This document shows positions 1 to 8,876 of a DNA stretch of 64,000 nt, piece after piece. The position numbers and the translations under genes were made by a program. Each line of letters starts with the position of its first letter. Position 1 is the stretch's first letter. The notes under the pieces were generated by a model. That model searched no databases and was not told the origin of the DNA. It worked only from the letters and a program-made list of their open reading frames with translations. The stretch is taken from assembly GCA_963667015.2 (NCBI GenBank), contig CAXXJJ010000001.1, positions 1,536,001-1,600,000 of the forward strand, in the 5' to 3' direction. This DNA comes from Desulfatiglandales bacterium (GTDB lineage: Bacteria > Desulfobacterota > DSM-4660 > Desulfatiglandales > HGW-15).

Positions 1-1
1 T

Positions 2-391
2 TTGTCTCATCTGGGAATGCCAGGTCGTTATAAAGGCAATATCTATGATCTGCCTCCTGAGGTCTATAATCCAGTACAGGCACTCTTGCCCGAATCAAGT
101 GTGGCATGGTTTGATGAGAAAGTTGAAAGTCCTAACACGCTAGCACAAGCGGGACAGTATGAATATCTCGGCGACTGGCCATTGATTGTGCTTGCTACTT
201 CAAGACCTTCACCTTCCTTGGGAGATCTGGGACAGAAACTAGATGATTTATGGCTCGAAATGCAGCAGGAGTTGCTCCCACTCAGTGAGAATAGCGAGAT
301 AAGAATTTATGAGGGTGGTCATTATCCTCAGCTTCAAGACCCTGAGATTGTAATCGAAGCAATTCAGGATGTGCTTGGTGGATGTGAATAA
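2..391 (+). CDS. alpha/beta hydrolase, C-terminal part (5' truncated by window edge)
   Basis: PLIVLAT...W..MQQELLPLSENS....GGHYPQLQDPEIVIEAI is typical of the C-terminus of alpha/beta hydrolases, with the catalytic His in GH. Confidence 0.7.
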   Translation: MSHLGMPGRYKGNIYDLPPEVYNPVQALLPESSVAWFDEKVESPNTLAQAGQYEYLGDWPLIVLATSRPSPSLGDLGQKLDDLWLEMQQELLPLSENSEIRIYEGGHYPQLQDPEIVIEAIQDVLGGCE

Positions 392-661
392 GCATCGCCT
401 TTTTAATATGGCTTTTCGACACCTTGGAGCATTTATACGTTGGGGTTATGCTTTGAATGCTGTAATTCAAAAGCACCTAACAAAGCGTAAAAACTTAAAA
501 TTGAGCGTTTTTAACGCAATAATCTGCTCAGTTTTTGATTTATATAATTCCCTTTTTCTTTTTTCCCAAGCCAGTATATAATATCTTTCATTATTTATTA
601 ACTATGAATATGCCATCCTATTAATTGAACAACTCTGATACTAACTATTGGGGAGTATGTT

Positions 662-1042
662 ATGAGTTGGAAAATAAACTATGATAAAGATTCTAGTATC
701 ATTGAAGTAACTTATATCGGTAATGTTTCAGGTATGGATATACGAGAAGCCACAGAAAAACGTATATCTGTGCAGGCTGAAACTGGTGCAACCCGCGTTT
801 TAGCGGATGCATCACAGAGCCTAGGTGGTCCATCTACTATGGAGATTTATGATCTTCCTGATAAAATATACGTAGAGTATGAATCCAGGAGAGATACACG
901 AATTGCATTTATTCTTCCTACAAATAAACAATCTAGAGAACTTGCTAATTTTTTTCAAACTGCAGCGAAAAATAGAGGTTGGATGATTGAATTATTTGAA
1001 AATCGAGAAGACGCTCTTTTCTGGTTAACAAATATTAGTTAG
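662..1042 (+). CDS. STAS/SEC14 (SpoIIAA-like) small protein
   Basis: 126 aa with RBS GGGAG; pattern IIEVTYIG...VLAD...RIAFI...F..REDALFWL. Confidence 0.65.
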   Translation: MSWKINYDKDSSIIEVTYIGNVSGMDIREATEKRISVQAETGATRVLADASQSLGGPSTMEIYDLPDKIYVEYESRRDTRIAFILPTNKQSRELANFFQTAAKNRGWMIELFENREDALFWLTNIS

Positions 1043-1220
1043 TTTCCATCCATAAACGGCTCTTTTTTACAATCTCTGCGTCAATCTGCGGAATGACTTG
1101 TGCGATGTACTAAAGTACATCTCCGCGCCATTCCTTGATTTCCTTGATCTTGTAAAAAATATCTCGTTTATGAATTGGAAACTACTTAGTGCCTCAAAAC
1201 TGTTTATGGATGGGCACTAG
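1039..1220. mobile_element. MITE/REP-like palindromic non-coding element
   Basis: TTAGTTTCCATCCATAAACG (1039-1058) is inverted relative to CGTTTATGAATTGGAAACTA (1165-1184) and GTTTATGGATGGGCACTAG (1202-1220). Internal arms are TTTTTTACAA/TTGTAAAAAA and GATGTACT-AA-AGTACATC. Ends are YTAG. Confidence 0.6.
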
Positions 1221-1351
1221 TTAGAGTGGTATTTCTATGTTTGATTACTGCTATAAGTCATAACGTATGCGGGTATTAAGAAAGTATAGATTTCGGTAAG
1301 TAAAAGTGCATAACTTGCTATGATTTCAACTTCAATCAAAGTCCTGATATA

Positions 1352-1738
1352 TTATGTGTATCCAGACTCTTGAATCCATTCAATCGCATCATCATAGTTA
1401 AAAAATGTGTTGATTTTTGATTTGACAGACATCCCGGCCATCTCTTCATATATTTTGCCCAGTCTGAGACCACTATCACTTGAATGGATAGCTGCAATTT
1501 TCCCGTTTCCTATTAAATCATTGTACTGATTGTGCATACCAATAGACATAATTACATCATCAAATTGAACGCTATCAAAATCTACATTCCTGAAATCCCC
1601 CAGTATATGAGTTCCGGGTTTCCACCTGGGATCTAAAATGACCTCTTCAATCAATAATATAAAATATGTATTTGAAAAATCACCACTGCAAACCAGCTCA
1701 ACGACTCCATCATCCCGGAAAGTCTTTTTGCAATCCAT
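1352..1738 (-). CDS. STAS/SEC14 (SpoIIAA-like) small protein
   Basis: ATG at 1738 with AAGGA RBS; pattern ILGDFR...KIAAI...FFNYDDAIEWI. Confidence 0.6.
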   Translation of the reverse strand: MDCKKTFRDDGVVELVCSGDFSNTYFILLIEEVILDPRWKPGTHILGDFRNVDFDSVQFDDVIMSIGMHNQYNDLIGNGKIAAIHSSDSGLRLGKIYEEMAGMSVKSKINTFFNYDDAIEWIQESGYT

Positions 1739-1781
1739 TTTAATCCTTTGATTAGTATTCACTTGACGGGTAAGGATACGA

Positions 1782-2030
1782 TTAATCTCTGCTTAGATTT
1801 TTTTGCAGAGGGCACCTGTCCCAGTAATACTTTGTTTCACCGTTTTCAAAGATTTTGACTGCACATTTTCCAAGGCCGGAGCAGTATTCCAGATTTTTTA
1901 CCTGGTCTAGCTCTGTTATTTTCTCCGGGCTTAGACCGTCTTTTTCCCTGTGGGAGTCAATTCTTATGTCGGCGTTTACTGTTTCATTAATAGCGGGGCA
2001 GTGGAAACTATAATTATTTACTTCTACCAT
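1782..2030 (-). CDS. small 4-Cys hypothetical protein (82 aa)
   Basis: ATG at 2030 preceded by AGGGG; motif FHCP..NETV...YCSGLGKC...RCPL. Confidence 0.6.
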   Translation of the reverse strand: MVEVNNYSFHCPAINETVNADIRIDSHREKDGLSPEKITELDQVKNLEYCSGLGKCAVKIFENGETKYYWDRCPLQKNLSRD

Positions 2031-2053
2031 CTTGACCCCTGTTGTGTTGTGAT

Positions 2054-2126
2054 TAAAAAAAGGCTGAAAGGCCGGAAACCGAGGAGGATACCGGCCTTTC
2101 ATGAACAACTTAATACGAGTACAAGT
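2054..2126 (-). ncRNA. candidate sRNA or leader with an 11-bp hairpin, CCUCCU loop and U-tract
   Basis: Stem TGAAAGGCCGG/CCGGCCTTTCA (2065-2075/2091-2101); minus-strand loop TATCCTCCTCGGTTT; then GCC and T7. Lies directly downstream of a consensus sigma70 promoter. Confidence 0.5.
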
Positions 2127-2131
2127 GTAAG

Positions 2132-2160
2132 ATATTAAGTGAATCCTGGCATTATGTCAA
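2132..2160 (-). promoter_or_regulatory. sigma70 promoter
   Basis: TTGACA (2160-2155), 17-nt spacer, TAATAT (2137-2132). Confidence 0.7.
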
Positions 2161-2375
2161 TAATGATATATAGAATTTATGTAAAAGATATGTAAATTTT
2201 TTATCTTTGCCTGTTAAAGGGGTCTCCTAATAGCTCATGGGCGTATAAGTAAAGAATAGGGGTAAAAAATAGTTGTAAATTGATAAAATATCGAAGATAA
2301 AAATAAGTAAAAATGAGCAAAATACATTAATGAGCTAAACGGAGATTTTCCCCCTTTACATAATGGAGTGACGAA

Positions 2376-2753
2376 ATGGCAAAGTACAATACAATTGACG
2401 AATACATTGATGCACAGTCACATCCGCAAGCGGAATTATTGCAGGATTTGAGGAAAGCAATTTTGGAAGCTGTACCAGATGCTATAGAAACCTTCAACTA
2501 TGGGGTACCAGCGTTCAGTCTTGTAAAGAATGGAAAAGCGAATCAGCAAATCATGATTGGAGCATTTAAAAATCATGTTGGAATTTATCCGCATCCAACA
2601 ACAATCGTGAAATTTGAGAAAGAGCTTTCCAAATTCAAACAGGGTAAAGGGTCAATACAATTTCCTTTAGATAAACCAATTCCAAGCAAGTTGATTGAGA
2701 AGATGGTGAAGTTCAGGAAAAAGCAAATTCAAAGCGAATTCAAAGCGAATTAA
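2376..2753 (+). CDS. DUF1801/YdhG-like protein
   Basis: TIDEYI...LRKAILEAVPDA.E.FNYGVPAF...AFKNHVGIYP...GKGSIQFPLDKPIP. Confidence 0.85.
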   Translation: MAKYNTIDEYIDAQSHPQAELLQDLRKAILEAVPDAIETFNYGVPAFSLVKNGKANQQIMIGAFKNHVGIYPHPTTIVKFEKELSKFKQGKGSIQFPLDKPIPSKLIEKMVKFRKKQIQSEFKAN

Positions 2754-2883
2754 AGCAATGAAAAATTCAAAGACAAGGTGTAACGAACAAAAAGCCACAC
2801 CAGACCCCGGATGGTACCTTGCTTGTTGCGTAAATAATAAAAACAACGGGGTCGCGTCTTGAATCTTGAATAGAGAGGGAACC

Positions 2884-2934
2884 GGAACGTTGTTGACTAC
2901 GCTAACCCTTATTTACGATAGTCAGCAACGTTCC
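2884..2934. repeat. 16-bp inverted repeat between convergent genes (REP-like or terminator)
   Basis: GGAACGTTGTTGACTA (2884-2899) / TAGTCAGCAACGTTCC (2919-2934), one mismatch; preceded by GGGGTCGCGTCTTGAATCTTGAAT. Confidence 0.55.
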
Positions 2935-2977
2935 CAATTCCCAATATAAGGCGATTGGTGTCAGGCAATCATGAGTC

Positions 2978-3508
2978 TTATTTGTATCTTTCAACAACTT
3001 CGTTGTATTTCTCATGTATCATTTTCGCATCAAATTCAAGGAACTCTGACAGCATGTTCTGTTCTTCTTTTTCCTTAAAGTATTTTCTCACTGATGGGAA
3101 AAACAATTTATCTTCTTTTTCGATATGCTTCGGGTAGAAATCTGTGAGAGTCTGAAGCTTTTCAACAATTTCTTTCAGAGCCTCTTTAACACCACTCCGG
3201 TAACGATCATTTGCCTGAACAAGGGCTTTGGTCGTGAGGCGACCGAAAATATGTTCTTTGATCAATTCATCCATCATTTCCCTGTCTTCAGAAGTTAAAG
3301 GCTTTTCTTTCAGTTCTTCAAAAAGAATATCTTCTTCTTTTCCATGATGAGTCCTGTCAGCATATGTCTTTATAAAATCAACCACAGTGTCGATGAACAG
3401 GGGATTAACCTTGTTAGACGATATAATTCTCTTTACCTCATCCTTTACAACAGCCAGCATCCGCTCAATAAGGCGATGCTCAATCATAAGCGGTCCTCTT
3501 GCCTGCAT
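2978..3508 (-). CDS. hemerythrin HHE-domain protein
   Basis: LMIEHR...YADRTHHGKEEDILF...EH...HIEKEDKLFFP; ATG at 3508 with GAGG RBS. Confidence 0.9.
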   Translation of the reverse strand: MQARGPLMIEHRLIERMLAVVKDEVKRIISSNKVNPLFIDTVVDFIKTYADRTHHGKEEDILFEELKEKPLTSEDREMMDELIKEHIFGRLTTKALVQANDRYRSGVKEALKEIVEKLQTLTDFYPKHIEKEDKLFFPSVRKYFKEKEEQNMLSEFLEFDAKMIHEKYNEVVERYK

Positions 3509-3560
3509 TTTATTAGCCTCCTTTATTAAAGGATTCATCTTTAAATTCTCATTTATTACT

Positions 3561-3602
3561 ATTTTACTTTTAACCTGCTTTACTTTCATTGACATAGATC
3601 AA
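3561..3602 (-). promoter_or_regulatory. Crp/Fnr-family box at the class II position plus -10 element of the hemerythrin gene
   Basis: TTGAC-ATAG-ATCAA (3589-3602); -10 TAAAAT (3566-3561) places the box centre at about -41.5. Confidence 0.55.
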
Positions 3603-3841
3603 TACATCATTCACTTTAGATGATAATCTTATCACAATCCGCATAAAGATATTCATCTATTTAATAAATACATGATCGGCCTTATAGTATTCTTTAGTAC
3701 TGTTAGTTAATATATACAATGTAATAAAAGGGGATGCTGTAAGGTTATAATTTTTAATCGCGCATCCTTATAACCTGTCAGTGTTCCGCTTTACACTCAT
3801 TCAATCAATCATTTTACAGTTTTTATAAGACATGGGAATAC

Positions 3842-5188
3842 ATGAACTATCAGGAATTTGATGTCATTGTGATTGGATCCGGCACTTCTGCCTATAATGC
3901 GGTTGATGTTCTCAACAAGGCCGGCCGGAGGGTCGCCATGGTAGACGAGCGGCCATATGGGGGAACGTGCTCTCTGCGTGGATGCCAGCCCAAGAAATAT
4001 CTGGTGAGTAACGCCGGGGCAGTAGCAATGGTGAGTCACCTTGTTGGCAGGGGTATAGTATCAAGGCCTGAAACTGACTGGAAGGCTCTTCAGGCGCTCA
4101 AGAATGAATTTGTTGATGGTATATCCGAAGCCGATCTGGAAAGATGGAAGGAAGCGGGTGTTGCGACCTTTCACGGCCGGGCGGTTATGACCGGTGAGGA
4201 TGAGGTTACTGTGGGCCGCGACAGGCTGAAGGCCCGGCATATTGTTCTTGCGACCGGAGCAGTTCCAAGACACACTGATATTCCCGGCAGCAATAATATT
4301 CACGACAGCGAGTATTTTTTGAATCTGCCTGACATCCCGAATCGCATTCTGTTTATTGGCGGCGGAATTATTTCCTTTGAATTCGCCCATGTTGCGATTC
4401 ATGCCGGCGCAAAAGAGGTTACTATCCTGCATCGATCTTCCCGGCCATTGAAGGCCTTTGATCATGACATCGTAAAAACCGTGCTTGAAGCCAGCAAAGC
4501 GGAAGGAATCCGGATCGTGCTTAATGAATCGCCCGTATCGGTTGAATCCACTGAAAAAGGATTGATCGTTCAAGGTTCCGGGGGCGGAGTTTATGAGGGG
4601 GATCTTATTATCGGGGCCACAGGAAGGGTTCCAAACCTGAGTGTTTTAGAAGGTGACCACAGTAATGTCGAGAGTTCCTCTCGCGGGGTCAGTGTGAATG
4701 AATTTCTCCAGAGTGTTTCCAATCCAAAAGTATATGCCGTGGGTGACTGTGCGGCGACAAGGTACATGCTTGCCCCTGTGGCCGATGAAGAAGGTAAAAC
4801 AGCGGCCCTCAATATTCTTGAAGGCAATGTTAAAACGATCGATTATTCAGCGGTTCCAGGCGTGGTATTTACGATACCCTGTATCGCATCGGTTGGCCTG
4901 ACAGAAGAACAGGCAAAAGAGCAGGGTCTTGATTTTCGTGTGAATCAGGGAATGACGACATCCTGGCCATCCTCTAAACGCATTGGAGAAGAACACGGAG
5001 CCTACAAGATTCTCATCGACAGGACAACAAACCGGATACTTGGTGCGCATATCGCCAGACATAACGCCTGTGAAGCTATCAATGTGCTGGCTCTTGCAAT
5101 AAAATACAGGATAAAGGCCTCCGATCTGGCGGAATTCATGTGGGCCTACCCGACAGTTATTTCCGATCTGAAATACATGGTGAAATAA
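3842..5188 (+). CDS. class I pyridine nucleotide-disulfide oxidoreductase (glutathione reductase-like)
   Basis: GSGTSA FAD motif, redox-active GGTCSLRGCQPKK, GGGIISFE NAD(P) motif, C-terminal YPT. Confidence 0.9.
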   Translation: MNYQEFDVIVIGSGTSAYNAVDVLNKAGRRVAMVDERPYGGTCSLRGCQPKKYLVSNAGAVAMVSHLVGRGIVSRPETDWKALQALKNEFVDGISEADLERWKEAGVATFHGRAVMTGEDEVTVGRDRLKARHIVLATGAVPRHTDIPGSNNIHDSEYFLNLPDIPNRILFIGGGIISFEFAHVAIHAGAKEVTILHRSSRPLKAFDHDIVKTVLEASKAEGIRIVLNESPVSVESTEKGLIVQGSGGGVYEGDLIIGATGRVPNLSVLEGDHSNVESSSRGVSVNEFLQSVSNPKVYAVGDCAATRYMLAPVADEEGKTAALNILEGNVKTIDYSAVPGVVFTIPCIASVGLTEEQAKEQGLDFRVNQGMTTSWPSSKRIGEEHGAYKILIDRTTNRILGAHIARHNACEAINVLALAIKYRIKASDLAEFMWAYPTVISDLKYMVK

Positions 5189-5288
5189 AATAGTGTACTC
5201 CCTGGTTTAGGTTTCAATCCGGAACACCCCCCGAAGTGCCGGTCATCGATTTGTGGAAGGCCTCTCACGACAGCAAAGGATCATAAAT

Positions 5289-6452
5289 ATGACTCTTAAT
5301 AAGAAAAAATATCTTTTAATAACAGCGGGTGTCATAGCACTTATATTTTCAATAGTTCGGTATAAAAACGGAATGTTCAATTTTGAGAAAAAGGGCGACT
5401 CCTCACCCAAGACACTCATTTCAGTGAAAGAGGTATCTGTTTCTCAGGGCAGCCTTGTTTTCACTGATGAAAAATCTGCCAAGAAAATCGAAGCCAGTGA
5501 CGTTGATTTAAACATAAAAAACTTTATATCCAATGGTACAGCCGGCGCTGGCTTTCTCCATAACATTTCATTCACCGGCGATGCCAGAGTAAAGGCACTC
5601 AAGATCTCTGATTTAACCCTCATGGATCTCGTAATGCAGGCAGCAGGTAAAAAGGGAAAACTGGAAATCAATCCCGTCAGTATGAACATCCTGGGTGGAG
5701 CAGGCAAGGGGAGCATTCATCTGGACGTAACAGGTCCGTCACCCCTGTACAGGGTAAGCTGTATCCTTAATCAGGTCAGGATGGAAAACCTTATGCAGCA
5801 ATTCTCGTCAGAGAAAATACCGCAGAAGGCCATGGAAGGGCTGATTAACCTTTCCGCCGACCTGACGGCCGGGGGGAAGAACGCGGATGAAGTGAAACAA
5901 TCGCTTAGCGGGAACGTTTCTTTGAACGGAGAGAATCTGATGCTCTATAACATGGATATTGATGCTCTTATTATGAAGTACGAACGGAGCCAGAACTTCA
6001 ACCTTGTGGATGTAGGCGCCTTTGCACTGGCAGGCCCCTTCGGGCCTGTATTAACAAAGAGTTTCAATTTTGCACGTCTGTACGAAGAATCCCGGGGCGG
6101 AAAAGGAGTCATCAAAAAACTTGTATCGGTCTGGAAGGTAAAAAACGGCATTGCCGAGGCGGTAGATACAGCCCTTGCCTCAGAAAATCATAGAATAGCA
6201 ATGAAAGGGGAGTTGGATTTCATAAACCAGCAATTTCTCGAAGTAACTGTGGCTGCCCTCGATAAAAGTGGTTGTGCAGTTTTCAGCGAAAAAATTCATG
6301 GGCCGTTCAATAATCCTCAGATCGATAAGGAAAATCTCTTTAAATCAATTTCAGGGTCTGTACTGAATCCTCTGCAGGATGCATGGGAATTCATTAAGGG
6401 CGAAGAGTGCACTGTATTTTACTCTGGTTCAGTAGCGCAACCCGGCGAATAA
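5289..6452 (+). CDS. AsmA-family protein
   Basis: N-terminal membrane anchor and beta-rich body with LSGNVSL and AMKGELDF segments typical of the AsmA C-terminal region. Confidence 0.75.
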   Translation: MTLNKKKYLLITAGVIALIFSIVRYKNGMFNFEKKGDSSPKTLISVKEVSVSQGSLVFTDEKSAKKIEASDVDLNIKNFISNGTAGAGFLHNISFTGDARVKALKISDLTLMDLVMQAAGKKGKLEINPVSMNILGGAGKGSIHLDVTGPSPLYRVSCILNQVRMENLMQQFSSEKIPQKAMEGLINLSADLTAGGKNADEVKQSLSGNVSLNGENLMLYNMDIDALIMKYERSQNFNLVDVGAFALAGPFGPVLTKSFNFARLYEESRGGKGVIKKLVSVWKVKNGIAEAVDTALASENHRIAMKGELDFINQQFLEVTVAALDKSGCAVFSEKIHGPFNNPQIDKENLFKSISGSVLNPLQDAWEFIKGEECTVFYSGSVAQPGE

Positions 6453-6455
6453 GGT

Positions 6456-6603
6456 GGGCATATTTGACCAATTATCATATATGGCCACTATCCGGCATAA
6501 AACATATCCCGCTCCGACAACTTTTGGAAACACATATTAATTGACATATCAATAGGTTGATCTCAATAAGTTCAGGCCCCCCCAATATGGCATGATGCTT
6601 GGA
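6456..6603 (+). promoter_or_regulatory. sigma54 promoter cassette P1 (tandem UAS, IHF site, -24/-12)
   Basis: GGGCATATTTGACC (6456-6469) + TATCATATATGGCC (6473-6486); IHF consensus TATCAATAGGTTG (6547-6559); TGGCAT-GATGC-TTGGA (6588-6603). Confidence 0.75.
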
Positions 6604-6637
6604 TATATAATTATATAACAACTCAAGGAGGAGCACT

Positions 6638-6811
6638 GTGTTAAGGACGATTGCTGCATATATGATAGTTTTGTGGCTGCTGGTAATAGCAAGCAGCCAC
6701 ACAGTGGGAGGATGGATTCATATCCTGCCGGTAACTGCTGTTATCCTGGTGCTTATCAGTGTGATTCGGCGGCGAAGATCTTTGGGCAAAAACGAAATTA
6801 AAGCCGGATAA
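6638..6811 (+). CDS. lmo0937-family (DUF5670-like) small membrane protein, 57 aa; absent from ORF track
   Basis: AGGAGGAG RBS, GTG start; MLRTIAAYMIVLWLLVIASSHTVGGWIHILPVTAVILVLISVIRRRR matches the family pattern LWLL....T.GG.IHIL. Confidence 0.8.
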   Translation: MLRTIAAYMIVLWLLVIASSHTVGGWIHILPVTAVILVLISVIRRRRSLGKNEIKAG

Positions 6812-6851
6812 TAAAATATGAATCAACATCCAAGAAGAAAGGAAAAGATAT

Positions 6852-7895
6852 ATGTCCTTTGAAAGTGATCCTGGAAATTCGAACGCAGACCTTCCTAATC
6901 TCCCTGAACTTATCAGAAAAGTGGGAGACTCCCTTAACATTGGTAAGGGGAAAAAGCAGGTCTGGCCGCTGATACTTATTATTTTTCTGCTGGTCATTAT
7001 AGGTTACACAGCCTTTTACACCGTTCCACCTGGTAATAAGGGGGTTATTCTGAGGTTTGGCAGGTATTCCGGCATGGTACTGCCGGGGCTTCACTTTAAA
7101 ATCCCATTTGGCATCGATAATGTTTACAAGGTACACACGGAGCAGGTAGACACAGAAAACTTTGGTTTTAAAAGCATCAGCTCGGGAATTCAGAGCAAGT
7201 ATGAAAAGAGCGCTGCAACGGAACGTGAATCTCTCATGCTTACAGGAGACCTGAATGTTATAGATGTTGAGTGGATCATCCAGTTCCGGAGGGAAGACCC
7301 CAGAAAATACCTTTTTAATATACAGGACCCTATTATGACGCTGCGTGATATCAGCGAATCTGTTAACCGGCGTATTGTAGGAAACCGGAGTTTTGACTAT
7401 GTCCTCCAGAACCGTGAAGAGGTAAACAAAATGGCCCGGGAAGAGCTTCAGAAGATTCTCGATGAATATCAAACAGGAATCCAGATTGTCAATGTAAGGC
7501 TCCAGAACGTTGTGCCTCCGGACCCGGTTAAAGGTGCCTTTAACGAGGTAAACGAGTCACAGCAGGAAAAAGAGAAACTAATTAACGAGGCACAGGAAAC
7601 CTATAACAGGCAGATTCCGCAGGCAAGAGGTGAAGCGGAAAGGGCCATAAACGGGGCACGGGGTTACGCGCTCGAACGAGTCAACCATGCCAAGGGTGAT
7701 GTAGCCAGGTTCTCTGCCGTTCTCAAGGAATACCGGACCACTAAGGAAGTCACAAAACAGCGTCTATACCTGGAGGCATACCAGTCGATTCTTCCCAATG
7801 CCAAAGAGATTTACATTATCGACAGTGCACAAAAAGGCCTTCTGCCTCTTCTTCAATTGAATCAGCGGAAGGCTTATGTGGGAGAAATAAAATGA
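6852..7895 (+). CDS. hflK: FtsH protease modulator HflK
   Basis: SPFH domain (GVILRFG, PGLHFKIPFGID, MLTGDLN) and PQARGEA...A.GY...A.GD..RF. Confidence 0.95.
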   Translation: MSFESDPGNSNADLPNLPELIRKVGDSLNIGKGKKQVWPLILIIFLLVIIGYTAFYTVPPGNKGVILRFGRYSGMVLPGLHFKIPFGIDNVYKVHTEQVDTENFGFKSISSGIQSKYEKSAATERESLMLTGDLNVIDVEWIIQFRREDPRKYLFNIQDPIMTLRDISESVNRRIVGNRSFDYVLQNREEVNKMAREELQKILDEYQTGIQIVNVRLQNVVPPDPVKGAFNEVNESQQEKEKLINEAQETYNRQIPQARGEAERAINGARGYALERVNHAKGDVARFSAVLKEYRTTKEVTKQRLYLEAYQSILPNAKEIYIIDSAQKGLLPLLQLNQRKAYVGEIK

Positions 7896-8848
7896 AACAG
7901 ACAGGAATAGTTTTAAGCATTGCAGTCGTCATAATACTTGGCCTTTTATTTTCAGGTACCTTTTACACTGTCAGCGAATGGGAGCAGGTGGTGATAACGC
8001 AGTTTGGAAGACCGGTCGGAGAACCGAAGACCGAGTCTGGTATCAGATTCAAGATTCCTTTCATCCAGAAGATTCATCGCTATGAGAAGCGGATAATGAG
8101 ATGGGATGGGGACCCCAAAGAAATACCGACACGGGATAAAAGGTTTATATATATGGACACAACCGCCAGGTGGAGAATCGTGGATGCCCAGAAATTTCTT
8201 GAGGTACTGGGCACATATAACCAGGCATACGCAAAGCTGGACGATATAATTGACGCTGTGCTTCGTGACTATGTATCGGCGAATCCGCTTGTTGAACTTG
8301 TCAGGACTACAAACGAGATGCCAAGCGTGGAGGACGTGGAGGGCAAGGTGCTCTCTCCCTTCAAGGATGAAGCAACCACTCCTGAAACCGTTCACCTGGG
8401 CAGAGAGAAAATTACCAGGGCTATCCTGGCAGAGGCGTCAAAGGCCATGTCTGCCTTCGGTATGGAACTGGTCGATGTAAGAATCAAAAGGATCAATTAT
8501 GTCGAGCAGGTCCGAAAAAAGGTTTATGAGCGGATGGTATCGGAGAGAAAGCGAAAGGCTGCACAGTTCAGGTCAGAGGGAGAAGGTAAAAAGGCAGAGA
8601 TTTTGGGTCAGATGGAAAAGGAATTAAAATCCATTATCTCCGGGGCATATAAAACATCTGAAGAGATCCGCGGCGAAGCAGATGCTGAGGCAACTAAAAT
8701 CTACGGAACCGCCTATGGCGAGGACCCGGCCTTCTATGCATTCTTTAAAACACTGGAGACATACAAAGATGCGGCCTATAAGAACGCCTTTGTTATTCTT
8801 GGAACTGACACTGATTTTTACCGTTTTTTAAAAACGATCCCGGACTAA
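7892..8848 (+). CDS. hflC: FtsH protease modulator HflC
   Basis: VITQFGRP, DVRIKRI, RMVSER, RSEG, DPAFYAF; ATGA overlap with hflK. Confidence 0.95.
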   Translation: MKQTGIVLSIAVVIILGLLFSGTFYTVSEWEQVVITQFGRPVGEPKTESGIRFKIPFIQKIHRYEKRIMRWDGDPKEIPTRDKRFIYMDTTARWRIVDAQKFLEVLGTYNQAYAKLDDIIDAVLRDYVSANPLVELVRTTNEMPSVEDVEGKVLSPFKDEATTPETVHLGREKITRAILAEASKAMSAFGMELVDVRIKRINYVEQVRKKVYERMVSERKRKAAQFRSEGEGKKAEILGQMEKELKSIISGAYKTSEEIRGEADAEATKIYGTAYGEDPAFYAFFKTLETYKDAAYKNAFVILGTDTDFYRFLKTIPD

Positions 8849-8876
8849 ACATAATTAATACAGGACAGGATACAAG

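Noticed and set aside
392..2830. Possible integron attC remnants (GTTATGC near 446, CATAAC near 1260, GTAACGAAC...CACACCAGAC near 2780)
   Set aside because: No complete paired R''/R' sites, genes are in mixed orientation, and there is no integrase.
6798..7472. 224-aa minus-strand ORF and similar antisense ORFs over ftsH, GT4, the helicase and the selenoprotein
   Set aside because: They overlap well-supported genes on the opposite strand.
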